A stretch of 64,000 bases of DNA from an uncultured Flavobacterium sp. (GTDB lineage: Bacteria; Bacteroidota; Bacteroidia; Flavobacteriales; Flavobacteriaceae), in contig CAZSZH010000003.1 in NCBI GenBank assembly GCA_964610785.1, forward strand, positions 11,390-75,389, in the 5' to 3' direction. Shown here piece after piece: positions 38,244-47,791 of the stretch. Under the pieces are notes generated by a model, which saw only the letters and a program-made list of their open reading frames with translations, was not told the DNA's origin and searched no databases. Numbering within the stretch: position 1 is the first letter of the stretch; the number at the start of each line of letters is the position of its first letter. A program made the position numbers and the translations under genes.

Positions 38244-39328
38244 TCGCTTTCTGATTGTGCTCTACTCGGAGAGCTTTTGATAATAGTAAAACGTTGTTTA
38301 AATTTCAAAAATGGTTTTTCAAAATAATTATAGGAAACAAAGGATATACTAATTGTTAGGACATAAACTAACACGCACAAAAACAAAACATTAACTTTTA
38401 TTTCATAATAGTTAAACAATAAGGAAAAGAGATAGATAGCAATAGGATTATAGATATATATTCCAAAAGATATTTTTCCTAAAAAATCCATTACATTATT
38501 CTCTAAATTTATTACTGGTTTTTCGGATACGAGTTGCGACAGAATTATTCCTAAAGTAATAAATGAAACAATTTCACTATTTATTATTGTATAGACATTA
38601 AAAATGTTAAATAAAAACAAAATTAACCCCCCCCAAAGAAATAATACAATATAAGTGTTCTTAAATAAGTTTATAATGCTATTTTTATTATAAAATAATG
38701 TTGCTCCAATTGCTCCAATTGCTAAACAGGAAAATCTTGTATAATTAAAAATAGAACGTAAAATAATTGGTCCATCAAAAATCGTAAGACCAAACTTAAT
38801 TACCATAAAAAAAAGTAAAAAAAGAAATATAAACTTTTTAACATTTCTAATTTTTTTGATAAAAATTGGCCAAAAAGCATAAAACTGTTCTTCTACACCA
38901 AGTGACCAATAATGTCCTAATAAGGGATAAGTTATTAATAAACCAAAAGCAGCATTACGTGCAAACTCAAAGTTTGGAATAATAAAAATATAATAAAATA
39001 TGTCTTTATTATATAGATAACCTCCAATAATAAAAGCTACAATTAAGTAAAAGTAATACAAGGGCCAAATTCTTAAAATCCTTCTTAAATAGAAATTTTT
39101 AACATCTATTGTATTGGTTTTTTGTTTTTCGTGAAGTAATAAATAAGTAATTAAAAATCCACTCAAAGTAAAAAAAATAGTTACAGAATATCCTGCAAAT
39201 GAATCCAAAAACGTATTTTTTTCTTGATGAAACAAATACAGTCTTTCGAGCACATGTCCAAAAACAACTGCAGAAGCGGCTATTGACCTTAATCCATTCA
39301 AACCTGGTAAATAAATTTTGCTATTCAT
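38240..39328 (-). CDS. Acyltransferase-3 membrane O-acyltransferase
   Basis: LNGLRSIAA, FFTLSGFLIT, RRILRIWPLYY, WSLGVEEQFY and LGKISFGIY motifs; contains a G8 tract. Confidence 0.9.
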   Translation of the reverse strand: MNSKIYLPGLNGLRSIAASAVVFGHVLERLYLFHQEKNTFLDSFAGYSVTIFFTLSGFLITYLLLHEKQKTNTIDVKNFYLRRILRIWPLYYFYLIVAFIIGGYLYNKDIFYYIFIIPNFEFARNAAFGLLITYPLLGHYWSLGVEEQFYAFWPIFIKKIRNVKKFIFLFLLFFMVIKFGLTIFDGPIILRSIFNYTRFSCLAIGAIGATLFYNKNSIINLFKNTYIVLFLWGGLILFLFNIFNVYTIINSEIVSFITLGIILSQLVSEKPVINLENNVMDFLGKISFGIYIYNPIAIYLFSLLFNYYEIKVNVLFLCVLVYVLTISISFVSYNYFEKPFLKFKQRFTIIKSSPSRAQSESE

Positions 39329-39346
39329 GTTTTTTAAAGTATTAAA

Positions 39347-40411
39347 TCATCTGATAAGACTAATATAAAAATCTTCTAATGTTCTAACATACCTTTCAAT
39401 TGTAAATTTATCTGAAATAAAATCTTTTCCCCTTTGCGCAATTGAATTCATTTCAGAATTTGGAAGTTCTACAATTTTGTTTAATTTTTCAATTAATTCT
39501 AATTCATAATTTGGATCAAACAACCAACCCGTTACTCCATCTGTAATAAACTCCGGAATTCCGCCAACATTGGTGCACAAACATGCCACTCCCTGTTGCA
39601 TTGCTTCAACAACTGCAATGCCGAATCCTTCCGACAAGGAGGGCAGAACAAATATACTAGACTGCGCAATGTAATACTCTGGATTGTTTACAAAACCTGT
39701 TAATGTAACTCTATTGTTTAAATTTAATTCCGAAATTAATTGCTCAATAGAGTCTCGTTCTCGACCATCTCCCACTAAAATCAATTTTGAAGATTTATTT
39801 TCTAATTTTGAAAAAGCTTTAATAAGTAATTCTTGATTCTTTATTTTTTCAAAACGACCGACACTAACTATCGTAAATTCATTTGGTTCAATTCTTGTAA
39901 CGGTTGACTTTTTACTCACCGGATTATAAATTACATATCCTTTACTAGAATCTATTTCCTGTATTGCAATTAAAAAATCTCGAACAGATCTGGACACACA
40001 AATAACCTTTTTAGTATATTTATAGAGATTCCTGAAAACAAACCTTGCTTTATTAGAATGACTTGGAAAACCAATCTCTTCGGCAATTATATTTTTTACA
40101 CCCGCCAACTTTGCTGCTATAATGCCATGAAAATTGGCTTCTGCAGCGGCTGTATGAACGATATCCGGCTTTTCAACTTTAAACCATTTATACAATGTCC
40201 AAATATTTTTTACATTAGAAATACTTGGATTATTATTAAAAATTTTTACTTGAAACCCTTCGTCTAATAGTATTTTTTCTGCATGACCACCATGTCCTAG
40301 AGCGGCAAAAATATAATTATTTTTAAAGTAAGTTTTCCCTTCAACAAAGGATATATATTGTTGTTCTTGACCCCCAAAATCAAGAAGTGTAGTTAGCTTT
40401 ACTATTTTCAT
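39347..40411 (-). CDS. Glycosyltransferase family 4
   Basis: GGQE, VGRFEKIKN, LPSLSEGFGIAVVEAM and TNVGGIPE motifs. Confidence 0.93.
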   Translation of the reverse strand: MKIVKLTTLLDFGGQEQQYISFVEGKTYFKNNYIFAALGHGGHAEKILLDEGFQVKIFNNNPSISNVKNIWTLYKWFKVEKPDIVHTAAAEANFHGIIAAKLAGVKNIIAEEIGFPSHSNKARFVFRNLYKYTKKVICVSRSVRDFLIAIQEIDSSKGYVIYNPVSKKSTVTRIEPNEFTIVSVGRFEKIKNQELLIKAFSKLENKSSKLILVGDGRERDSIEQLISELNLNNRVTLTGFVNNPEYYIAQSSIFVLPSLSEGFGIAVVEAMQQGVACLCTNVGGIPEFITDGVTGWLFDPNYELELIEKLNKIVELPNSEMNSIAQRGKDFISDKFTIERYVRTLEDFYISLIR

Positions 40412-41829
40412 TATATATTAGTTAATATTAATTTCTTTTTTATTAGAAAAAACCAAGATAAAATTATCAATAAAACAAATAAAATTATTGTGCTAACAAT
40501 TTTGTATATTATTAAAATATCTTTCAAAAAATAACATACAATTGTTAAAAAAACAGTGGCAAATAACCAAATTAAAGGATAATAGTTTATAGTTGTATGC
40601 TTTTTAAAATCATTAAGAAAATAACCAGAATATCCCATAAGCATTAAACTTAAAAAAGTAGTTACTGCTGCAACCTTATAACCAAAAAAAGGGATTAGCA
40701 CAAAATTCATAACTACATTAGTTAATCCAGCAAAAAAAGTGATTTTCCATAATATACTGGTTTTCTCTAAATAGAACAATTTATTAATTGAACCATAATA
40801 CATTGCTCTATAGTTATAAGCCATAACTATAATTATTCCTATTGGATAAGTAGCAGCTAAATCTTTATTTTTAATAAGTAGTTGAAATATTTCTTTAAGC
40901 CAAATACTTATTATGAAAGAAGTTATAAAAAATACTGTTTGCAGAACAAACACCAATCTTCTAGCTCCGTTTTCATCTTTATTTTTATAACATTCGTTCA
41001 TCAAAGGCCTTATTGCAAACCCACTAACCATTCCTATAGAATTAAAAAAATTACCCACTGTATAGGCAGCGTTGTACTTCCCAATGTCATTAATAGATAT
41101 AGATAATCGTTGCATTACAATTTTATCAGAAGTATCCAGCAAGAAAGAAGAATAATAGTGAGGAATAGTTGGCAAGGTTATTTTGAGATATGACTTTATT
41201 CTTCTGTTAGATATTTTAAATAAGGGTCTTAATTTATAAGTAAACATTAGCGGATAAATATAAGATGCATTAATTAAAACCGAGACGATAAATGCTGAAG
41301 CAAACCAGCCTAAATAACCCAGTTTAAGATACGCAATAAATATCACATTCAGCAAAACAGTTAATATTCCAAATATAATTATTCTCGTAGCAATAGGTAA
41401 AGGCTTTTGATTAACTAGAAAAAAGTTAAACCCTATGGCGGCAGTAGGTCCAAAAAAAAGCCCTGCACCAATATTTAAAAAAATAACAAGAGGAACGTTA
41501 ATGACTCCTATAGGCATTACAAGCCATAAGAATATTATTTTAAAAAACATGAATATTACATTCCATATCATTAAAAATCCATAAATTTCGCGCCACACCT
41601 TTATATACCAATTAGGGTGTTTGTAAAAGGCATTAACTAAAACTATTTCCAGTCCCAGAGAACTTAATATTTCTATTGCTCCTATGTATGAAGTTATCAA
41701 TCCGAATATGCCATAATCCTTTTCAGTGAGATACTTTGTAATAAATGGCAGGGTAAACAACCCTGCTATTTTCGGGATTTGATTGGCAAACCCATAAATA
41801 AGTGTATGTGAAAATAGTTTTTTTAACAT
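40411..41829 (-). CDS. wzx: Polysaccharide flippase (MOP family)
   Basis: KHT-type start, LPFITKYL, YGIFG, PTIPH, DKIV and GKYNAA motifs; 12-14 TM segments. Confidence 0.88.
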   Translation of the reverse strand: MLKKLFSHTLIYGFANQIPKIAGLFTLPFITKYLTEKDYGIFGLITSYIGAIEILSSLGLEIVLVNAFYKHPNWYIKVWREIYGFLMIWNVIFMFFKIIFLWLVMPIGVINVPLVIFLNIGAGLFFGPTAAIGFNFFLVNQKPLPIATRIIIFGILTVLLNVIFIAYLKLGYLGWFASAFIVSVLINASYIYPLMFTYKLRPLFKISNRRIKSYLKITLPTIPHYYSSFLLDTSDKIVMQRLSISINDIGKYNAAYTVGNFFNSIGMVSGFAIRPLMNECYKNKDENGARRLVFVLQTVFFITSFIISIWLKEIFQLLIKNKDLAATYPIGIIIVMAYNYRAMYYGSINKLFYLEKTSILWKITFFAGLTNVVMNFVLIPFFGYKVAAVTTFLSLMLMGYSGYFLNDFKKHTTINYYPLIWLFATVFLTIVCYFLKDILIIYKIVSTIILFVLLIILSWFFLIKKKLILTNI

Positions 41830-41860
41830 ATTTACCTTCTTGTCTTGAGTTATACTAACT

Positions 41861-42172
41861 TTAATTTCTTAATATTAATTCTTTGGAATAATTTTCATAT
41901 TCCTTATTTACGGTGCTACAATAATATTTAGCATTATTGTGTTGTTGATCTATGTCCTTTTCCTCAAGCTGTTCAATCTGTTGAGGCAAAAGTTCAACAT
42001 TTTCAACAAAAGTAGTTATTCCATTTTTAATAAAACCATATAAGTAAAAACAAGCCACTTTATCATCTATATAATAGGTTTTATTTTCATTAAAGTAGCT
42101 TCTAAAATAATGGAAACTACCAAATTGTTGCGTTTTTAGCAATTTTATTTGATTATACATCAGCTGATACAT
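41861..42172 (-). other. Orphan 103-codon ORF; possible remnant of a decayed gene
   Basis: Co-oriented ORF between the WxcM pseudogene and wzx, with no recognisable motif, preceded by about 330 bp of very AT-rich DNA. Confidence 0.35.
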
Positions 42173-42508
42173 GTATCATTTTTTTTTTAAATGAACTAAT
42201 AAATCTAATAAACCGATTAAAGTCAATGGTAGAATAATAAATACATAATTAAGTACTTCCACTTAATAAAAAATAACTTTAAACTTAAAGTTAAAAACAA
42301 TATTAAATGAAACAAATCAATTAATGTTTTGAACCTATTTAATTGATTCCACAACTACAACTTTATATAAACCTAACAAATTATTCACTTTAATATTTTT
42401 CATAACAAATTAAAAGAAATATTACTATGAATTATAACTTAATACATTTTTTATTTATTTTTATACTTTAAAAAAACAAATTATTAGAAATAAAAACTTC
42501 TATTGAGT

Positions 42509-42927
42509 TCATTTTGTTGATTTTTTAAAAATTTCAAAATCTCTTATATAATCCTCTTTAGAAAATTTCATACTTGACAAATGTAGTCTAAATGAATTTG
42601 TTGAAAAATTTTCAATGTGACACCATATTAGTTGAGGCAAATAAAGTCCATAATAAGATCTATTTAATGAAAATTTTTCAGTTTGTCCTTCTATATCGGT
42701 TACTATCAAATCAAAACTCCCTCCTAAAGCAATGATGATTTCTTCTTGAGAAGAGAAGCATCTCCACCTCTAATTTCTCCTCCAGGCACATCATAAGTCC
42801 AAAAAGTTCGTTTTATTTCAAAAGGAATTTGATTTGGATTTTGCAAAAAAGTCAAATTACCCCTAGGATCTTGAATTTTAGGCAATTGAATTATTTTAGG
42901 TTTAGTCAAATCCTGATGTTGTTCCAT
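42509..42927 (-). pseudogene. Frameshifted WxcM/FdtA/QdtA-like sugar 3,4-ketoisomerase (cupin)
   Basis: Frame 1 gives LPKIQDPRGNLTF...TYDVPGGEIRGGDA. After a shift near 42750 the sequence continues QEEIIIALGGSFDLIV...LNRSYYGLYLP...WCHIENFSTNS...DYIRDF. The conserved His of RGGH is replaced by Asp. Confidence 0.85.
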
Positions 42928-42964
42928 TTTTAATTTGAATTATTATTTTTGTAAATAAATTAAT

Positions 42965-44011
42965 TTACTCGTACTGTTTATGATAATACCTCGCATATTC
43001 CCCAGAAGTAACATTCTTCAACCATTCCTCATTAGAAAGAAACCAATCAATCGTTTTTTCTAAACCTTGCTCAAAAGTAACCGATGGTTTCCAACCTAAT
43101 TCTTTATTAATTTTAGTGGCATCAATAGCATAACGCAAATCATGTCCAGGTCTATCTTTTACATAGGTAATCAATTTTTCAGACTCTCCGCTAACTCTGC
43201 CCAATTTTTTATCCATTTGCTGGCATAATAATTTTACTAGCTCAATATTTTGCCATTCATTAAAGCCCCCAATATTGTAGGTTTCGTGATTCTTCCCTTC
43301 ATGAAAAACTAAATCAATTGCTACTGCATGATCTTCTACAAACAACCAATCGCGGGTGTATTTTCCATCACCATATACTGGCAAAGGCTTGTTATTAATA
43401 ATATTATTAATGAATAAAGGAATTAATTTTTCTGGAAAATGATTAGGCCCGTAATTATTAGAACAATTGGTAATAACATAAGGTAGACCATAAGTTTCTC
43501 CGTAAGCTCGAACAAAATGATCCGAACTTGCTTTTGAGGCAGAGTATGGTGAATTTGGATCGTAGGCTGTTGTTTCCTTGAATAAACCTGTAGCTCCTAG
43601 ACTGCCATAAACCTCATCAGTAGAAATATGATAAAAACGTTTCCCTTCAAAATTGTCTTTCCAAATGGTTTTAGCGGCGTTCAGGAGATTCATCGTTCCA
43701 ATGACATTAGTTTTAACGAAACTTAAGGGATCAGTTATTGATCTATCTACATGAGATTCTGCTGCTAAATGCAATACTCCGTCAAATTTATGTTCTTGAA
43801 ATAATGCATTAATAAAATCGGCATCTACAATATCTCCTTTAACAAAAGTATAATTAGGTGCTTTTTCGATATCGGAAATATTTTCTAAATTTCCAGCATA
43901 GGTTAAAGCATCTAAATTAAAAATTTGATACTCGGGATACTTATTTACAAACCTTCGTACAACATGAGAACCTATGAAACCCGCTCCTCCTGTGATTACT
44001 ATTTTTTTCAT
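42965..44011 (-). CDS. rfbB: dTDP-glucose 4,6-dehydratase
   Basis: [48 protein letters not shown] and DRPGHDLRYA motifs. Confidence 0.96.
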   Translation of the reverse strand: MKKIVITGGAGFIGSHVVRRFVNKYPEYQIFNLDALTYAGNLENISDIEKAPNYTFVKGDIVDADFINALFQEHKFDGVLHLAAESHVDRSITDPLSFVKTNVIGTMNLLNAAKTIWKDNFEGKRFYHISTDEVYGSLGATGLFKETTAYDPNSPYSASKASSDHFVRAYGETYGLPYVITNCSNNYGPNHFPEKLIPLFINNIINNKPLPVYGDGKYTRDWLFVEDHAVAIDLVFHEGKNHETYNIGGFNEWQNIELVKLLCQQMDKKLGRVSGESEKLITYVKDRPGHDLRYAIDATKINKELGWKPSVTFEQGLEKTIDWFLSNEEWLKNVTSGEYARYYHKQYE

Positions 44012-44136
44012 ATATAAAATCTAAAAGGTATACACAAAATATTGAATTTTTTTAAAGCTATCTTAAATATTTTATTTAATCAATACTTGTTGAGTCTGCT
44101 TTCTTATAAAATAAACTTTTAACAAGGAAATTATTA

Positions 44137-45414
44137 TTATAATTTTCCATCTATTTGTCCTTTCAAAACACCTTTAACATCATAAACTACTGAATTCAAA
44201 TTTTTAAATTGTTCTAAATCTAAATCAAGAAACTCATTATGAGCCACACCTAAAACAATCGAATCAAACTTTTGATTAGGTAAATTCTTTGTAGTTATTA
44301 AATTATATTCATGTAAAACTTCGTTAGGATTTGCCCAAGGATCATAAACAGACACCTCAATTCCATAATCTTTCAAAGCCCTTATCACATCAACAATTTT
44401 AGTATTTCTAACATCGGGACAATTTTCTTTAAACGTAATTCCTAGCATCAATAATTTTGAATGGTTTACAGGAATTCCTTTTTTAATCATTAATTTAACG
44501 ATTCTAGAAGCAACATATTCCCCCATACTATCGTTCAATCTTCTTCCTGCTAAGATAATTTCTGGATGATATCCTGCTTCTTGAGCTTTTTGGGCTAAAT
44601 AATAAGGATCAACCCCGATGCAATGGCCACCAACCAAACCTGGTTTAAAATTTAAAAAATTCCATTTTGTCCCAGCGGCTTCAAGAACAGCATGAGTATC
44701 AATATCTAGAATATTAAAAATTTTAGCTAATTCATTTACAAAGGCAATATTAATATCGCGTTGCGAATTCTCGATTACTTTAGCTGCTTCAGCTACTTTT
44801 ATTGATGGTGCTAAATGGGTTCCAGCAGTAATAACCGACTTGTATAATTCATTTACTTTAATCCCAATTTCTGGCGTAGAACCAGCAGTTATTTTTAAAA
44901 TTTTATCAACTGTATGTTCTTTATCTCCTGGATTAATTCTTTCTGGAGAGTATCCTGCAAAGAAATCAATATTAAATTTTAAACCGCTCACTTTTTCTAA
45001 AACTGGTACACATTCTTCTTCCGTAAGTCCTGGATAAACTGTAGATTCATAGACAACAATATCCCCTTTTTTAAGAACTTTAGCGACGGCCTCACTAGAT
45101 TTATAAAGAGGTGTCAAATCAGGCCTGTTATTTTTATCAACTGGAGTTGGCACTGTCACGATATAAACATTACATTCGGATATATCCTCTAATTTTGTGG
45201 AACAAAACAATCCTATTCCATTCAATCGTTTATTTGTTAATACTCCTTTTAACGTAACCTCATCCACTTCTAAAGTAGAGTCATTTCCTGAATTTAAAGC
45301 ATCAACTCTATTTTGATTGATATCAAATCCAACGACTGGGTACTTTGTAGCAAATAATCTTGCTAATGGTAATCCAACATATCCCAATCCTATAATTCCA
45401 ATTTTTGTTTTCAT
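44137..45414 (-). CDS. UDP-N-acetylhexosamine 6-dehydrogenase (WbpO/TviB/WecC family)
   Basis: GLGYVGLP, VTVPTP, ESTVYPG, GYSPERINPG, GGHCIGVDP (catalytic Cys) and FKENCPD motifs. Confidence 0.93.
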   Translation of the reverse strand: MKTKIGIIGLGYVGLPLARLFATKYPVVGFDINQNRVDALNSGNDSTLEVDEVTLKGVLTNKRLNGIGLFCSTKLEDISECNVYIVTVPTPVDKNNRPDLTPLYKSSEAVAKVLKKGDIVVYESTVYPGLTEEECVPVLEKVSGLKFNIDFFAGYSPERINPGDKEHTVDKILKITAGSTPEIGIKVNELYKSVITAGTHLAPSIKVAEAAKVIENSQRDINIAFVNELAKIFNILDIDTHAVLEAAGTKWNFLNFKPGLVGGHCIGVDPYYLAQKAQEAGYHPEIILAGRRLNDSMGEYVASRIVKLMIKKGIPVNHSKLLMLGITFKENCPDVRNTKIVDVIRALKDYGIEVSVYDPWANPNEVLHEYNLITTKNLPNQKFDSIVLGVAHNEFLDLDLEQFKNLNSVVYDVKGVLKGQIDGKL

Positions 45415-45423
45415 AATTAATAT

Positions 45424-46818
45424 TTAAGAGCCAATAGCTTGATAGTAAAATCCTATTTCCTTCATTTTTTGCGAATTTAGTAAATTTCTTCCATCAAAAA
45501 TAAAAGCTGGCTTTAACATATTGTTATATATTTTATGCCAATCACATTCTTTAAATTCATCCCATTCAGTTAATATTGCAATGGCATGAGCATTTTCGCA
45601 TACTTCATATATATTTTCATGAGATGAAATATGTTTTTCATTTAGTTCTGAACTTCTTGTTTCCAGATAATTCAAATCAGACAAAACTTGTTTATGATTT
45701 ACTTTAGGGTCATAAACAGCAATATTTGCTTGTTCATTTATTAAATCATCAGCAACATAAATAGCAGTAGATTCTCTTGTATCATTAGTATCTTTTTTAA
45801 ATGCCCAACCCAAAAAGGCAATTTTTTTATCTGCAACCGTGTTGTAAAGAGTATTGACAATATTTTTTGAAAATCTTCTCTTTTGGTGATCGTTCATAAT
45901 AATAACTTGTTCCCAATAGTCGGCTACTTCTTGAAGGCCAAATGATTTCGAAATATACACTAAATTCAATATATCTTTTTGAAAACAAGATCCACCAAAT
46001 CCAACCGATGCCTTTAGAAATTTAGAACCAATTCTGCTATCCATTCCAATAGCTTTTGCGACTTCATTTACATTTGCACCGGTCTTTTCGCATAATTCTG
46101 ATATCGCATTGACAGAAGAAACTCTTTGTGCTAAAAAGGCATTTGCTGTCAGTTTAGATAATTCGGACGACCATACATTAGTAGTTAAAATTCGTTCTTT
46201 TGAAACCCAATTAGCATATACATCCACAAGCGCCTGTATCGCTTCTTTACCCTCGATTGAATCATCTCCCCCAATCAATACTCGGTCGGGCGCTAGTAAA
46301 TCTTCAACTGCAGTACCTTCGGCTAAAAATTCTGGATTGGAAAGAATTTGAAATTGTACACCATTTCCTGTATTATCCAAGATATTTTTAATTGCTTCGG
46401 CTGTTCTTACTGGCAAAGTAGATTTTTCAACAACAATTTTATTGTTTTTTGAAACTCTAGCAATTTGTCTTGCACATAATTCAATATATTTTAAATCTGC
46501 TGCCATTCCTTTTCCAGAACCATAAGTCTTCGTTGGTGTATTCACAGAAATAAAAATAAGTTCTGCTTCATCAATGGCTTTATCAACTTCGGTTGAAAAA
46601 AATAAATTTCTTCCTCTTGCCTCACTGACAATTGAAGATAAACCTGGTTCGTATATCGGAATATTGTTTACATCTTCATCATTCCACCTTGCTATTCTAT
46701 CTTCATTTAAGTCTACAACAGTAACATTTATATGCGGACATTTTTGAGCTATGACAGCCATCGTTGGCCCTCCTACATAACCCGCACCAATACAACAAAT
46801 ATTAGTAATTTTTATCAT
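45424..46818 (-). CDS. ugd: UDP-glucose 6-dehydrogenase
   Basis: [43 protein letters not shown] and FKKDTND motifs. Confidence 0.95.
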   Translation of the reverse strand: MIKITNICCIGAGYVGGPTMAVIAQKCPHINVTVVDLNEDRIARWNDEDVNNIPIYEPGLSSIVSEARGRNLFFSTEVDKAIDEAELIFISVNTPTKTYGSGKGMAADLKYIELCARQIARVSKNNKIVVEKSTLPVRTAEAIKNILDNTGNGVQFQILSNPEFLAEGTAVEDLLAPDRVLIGGDDSIEGKEAIQALVDVYANWVSKERILTTNVWSSELSKLTANAFLAQRVSSVNAISELCEKTGANVNEVAKAIGMDSRIGSKFLKASVGFGGSCFQKDILNLVYISKSFGLQEVADYWEQVIIMNDHQKRRFSKNIVNTLYNTVADKKIAFLGWAFKKDTNDTRESTAIYVADDLINEQANIAVYDPKVNHKQVLSDLNYLETRSSELNEKHISSHENIYEVCENAHAIAILTEWDEFKECDWHKIYNNMLKPAFIFDGRNLLNSQKMKEIGFYYQAIGS

Positions 46819-46819
46819 T

Positions 46820-47785
46820 TTATTTTAAATTTTCCCAATACCAATTCACCGCTTCCTTTAAACCCTCATTGAATGAATATTTGGGAGCGTAAGATAGTAA
46901 TTTTTTTGCTTTATCAATATTTGCTAATGAATGCGGTATATCACCTACTCTATTCGGACCATATTTTATTTCAACCTTGGCAATAGAAGAATCAAATTCA
47001 GATAGGTATTTTTTTAAGTAATAAACCATATCATTTAAGGTTGTTCTGTCTCCAAAGGCAGTGTTATAAACCGTATTAATAGCATCCTTATTTTGCGTCA
47101 ACATAGCAATTTCATTCATTTGAATAACATTGTCAATATAAGTAAAATCTCTGGAATAATTTCCGTCTCCGTTAATAATAGGACTCTCTTTTTTCATTAA
47201 CTGCATGACAAATTTAGGTATTACTGCAGCATAAGCACCATTGGGATCTTGTTTTCTTCCAAAAACATTAAAATATCTTAATCCTATCGTCTGCATTCCA
47301 TAAGTTTTACTAAAGACATCTGCATATAATTCGTTTACATATTTTGTCACCGCATATGGAGATAGGGGTTTCCCTATTACATCTTCAACTTTAGGAAGTG
47401 ATTGAGAATCACCATAAGTTGAAGAACTTGCGGCATAAACAAACCTTTTTACTCCATTATCTCTAGAAGCAATTAACATATTTAAAAAACCAGAAATATT
47501 TACATCATTTGAAGTTTTAGGATCAGTAATCGAACGAGGGACAGAACCTAATGCTGCTTGATGTAATACATAATCAACACTTATGGTTGCATTTAAACAT
47601 TCATCAATATTTCGAATATCTCCTTCAACGAGATTAAACTTTTTATTTGATAATAAATGTTCAATATTATGACGGTGACCTGTAGCAAAATTATCTAAGC
47701 AGGTGACTTCATAGTCTTTATTCAAAAAGTATTCGCATAAATTTGAACCAATAAAACCTGCTCCGCCTGTTATCAATATTTTCAT
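46820..47785 (-). CDS. UDP-GlcNAc(A) C4-epimerase (WbpP/TviC-like SDR)
   Basis: [36 protein letters not shown] and GDIPHS motifs. Confidence 0.9.
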   Translation of the reverse strand: MKILITGGAGFIGSNLCEYFLNKDYEVTCLDNFATGHRHNIEHLLSNKKFNLVEGDIRNIDECLNATISVDYVLHQAALGSVPRSITDPKTSNDVNISGFLNMLIASRDNGVKRFVYAASSSTYGDSQSLPKVEDVIGKPLSPYAVTKYVNELYADVFSKTYGMQTIGLRYFNVFGRKQDPNGAYAAVIPKFVMQLMKKESPIINGDGNYSRDFTYIDNVIQMNEIAMLTQNKDAINTVYNTAFGDRTTLNDMVYYLKKYLSEFDSSIAKVEIKYGPNRVGDIPHSLANIDKAKKLLSYAPKYSFNEGLKEAVNWYWENLK

Positions 47786-47791
47786 GATTAA

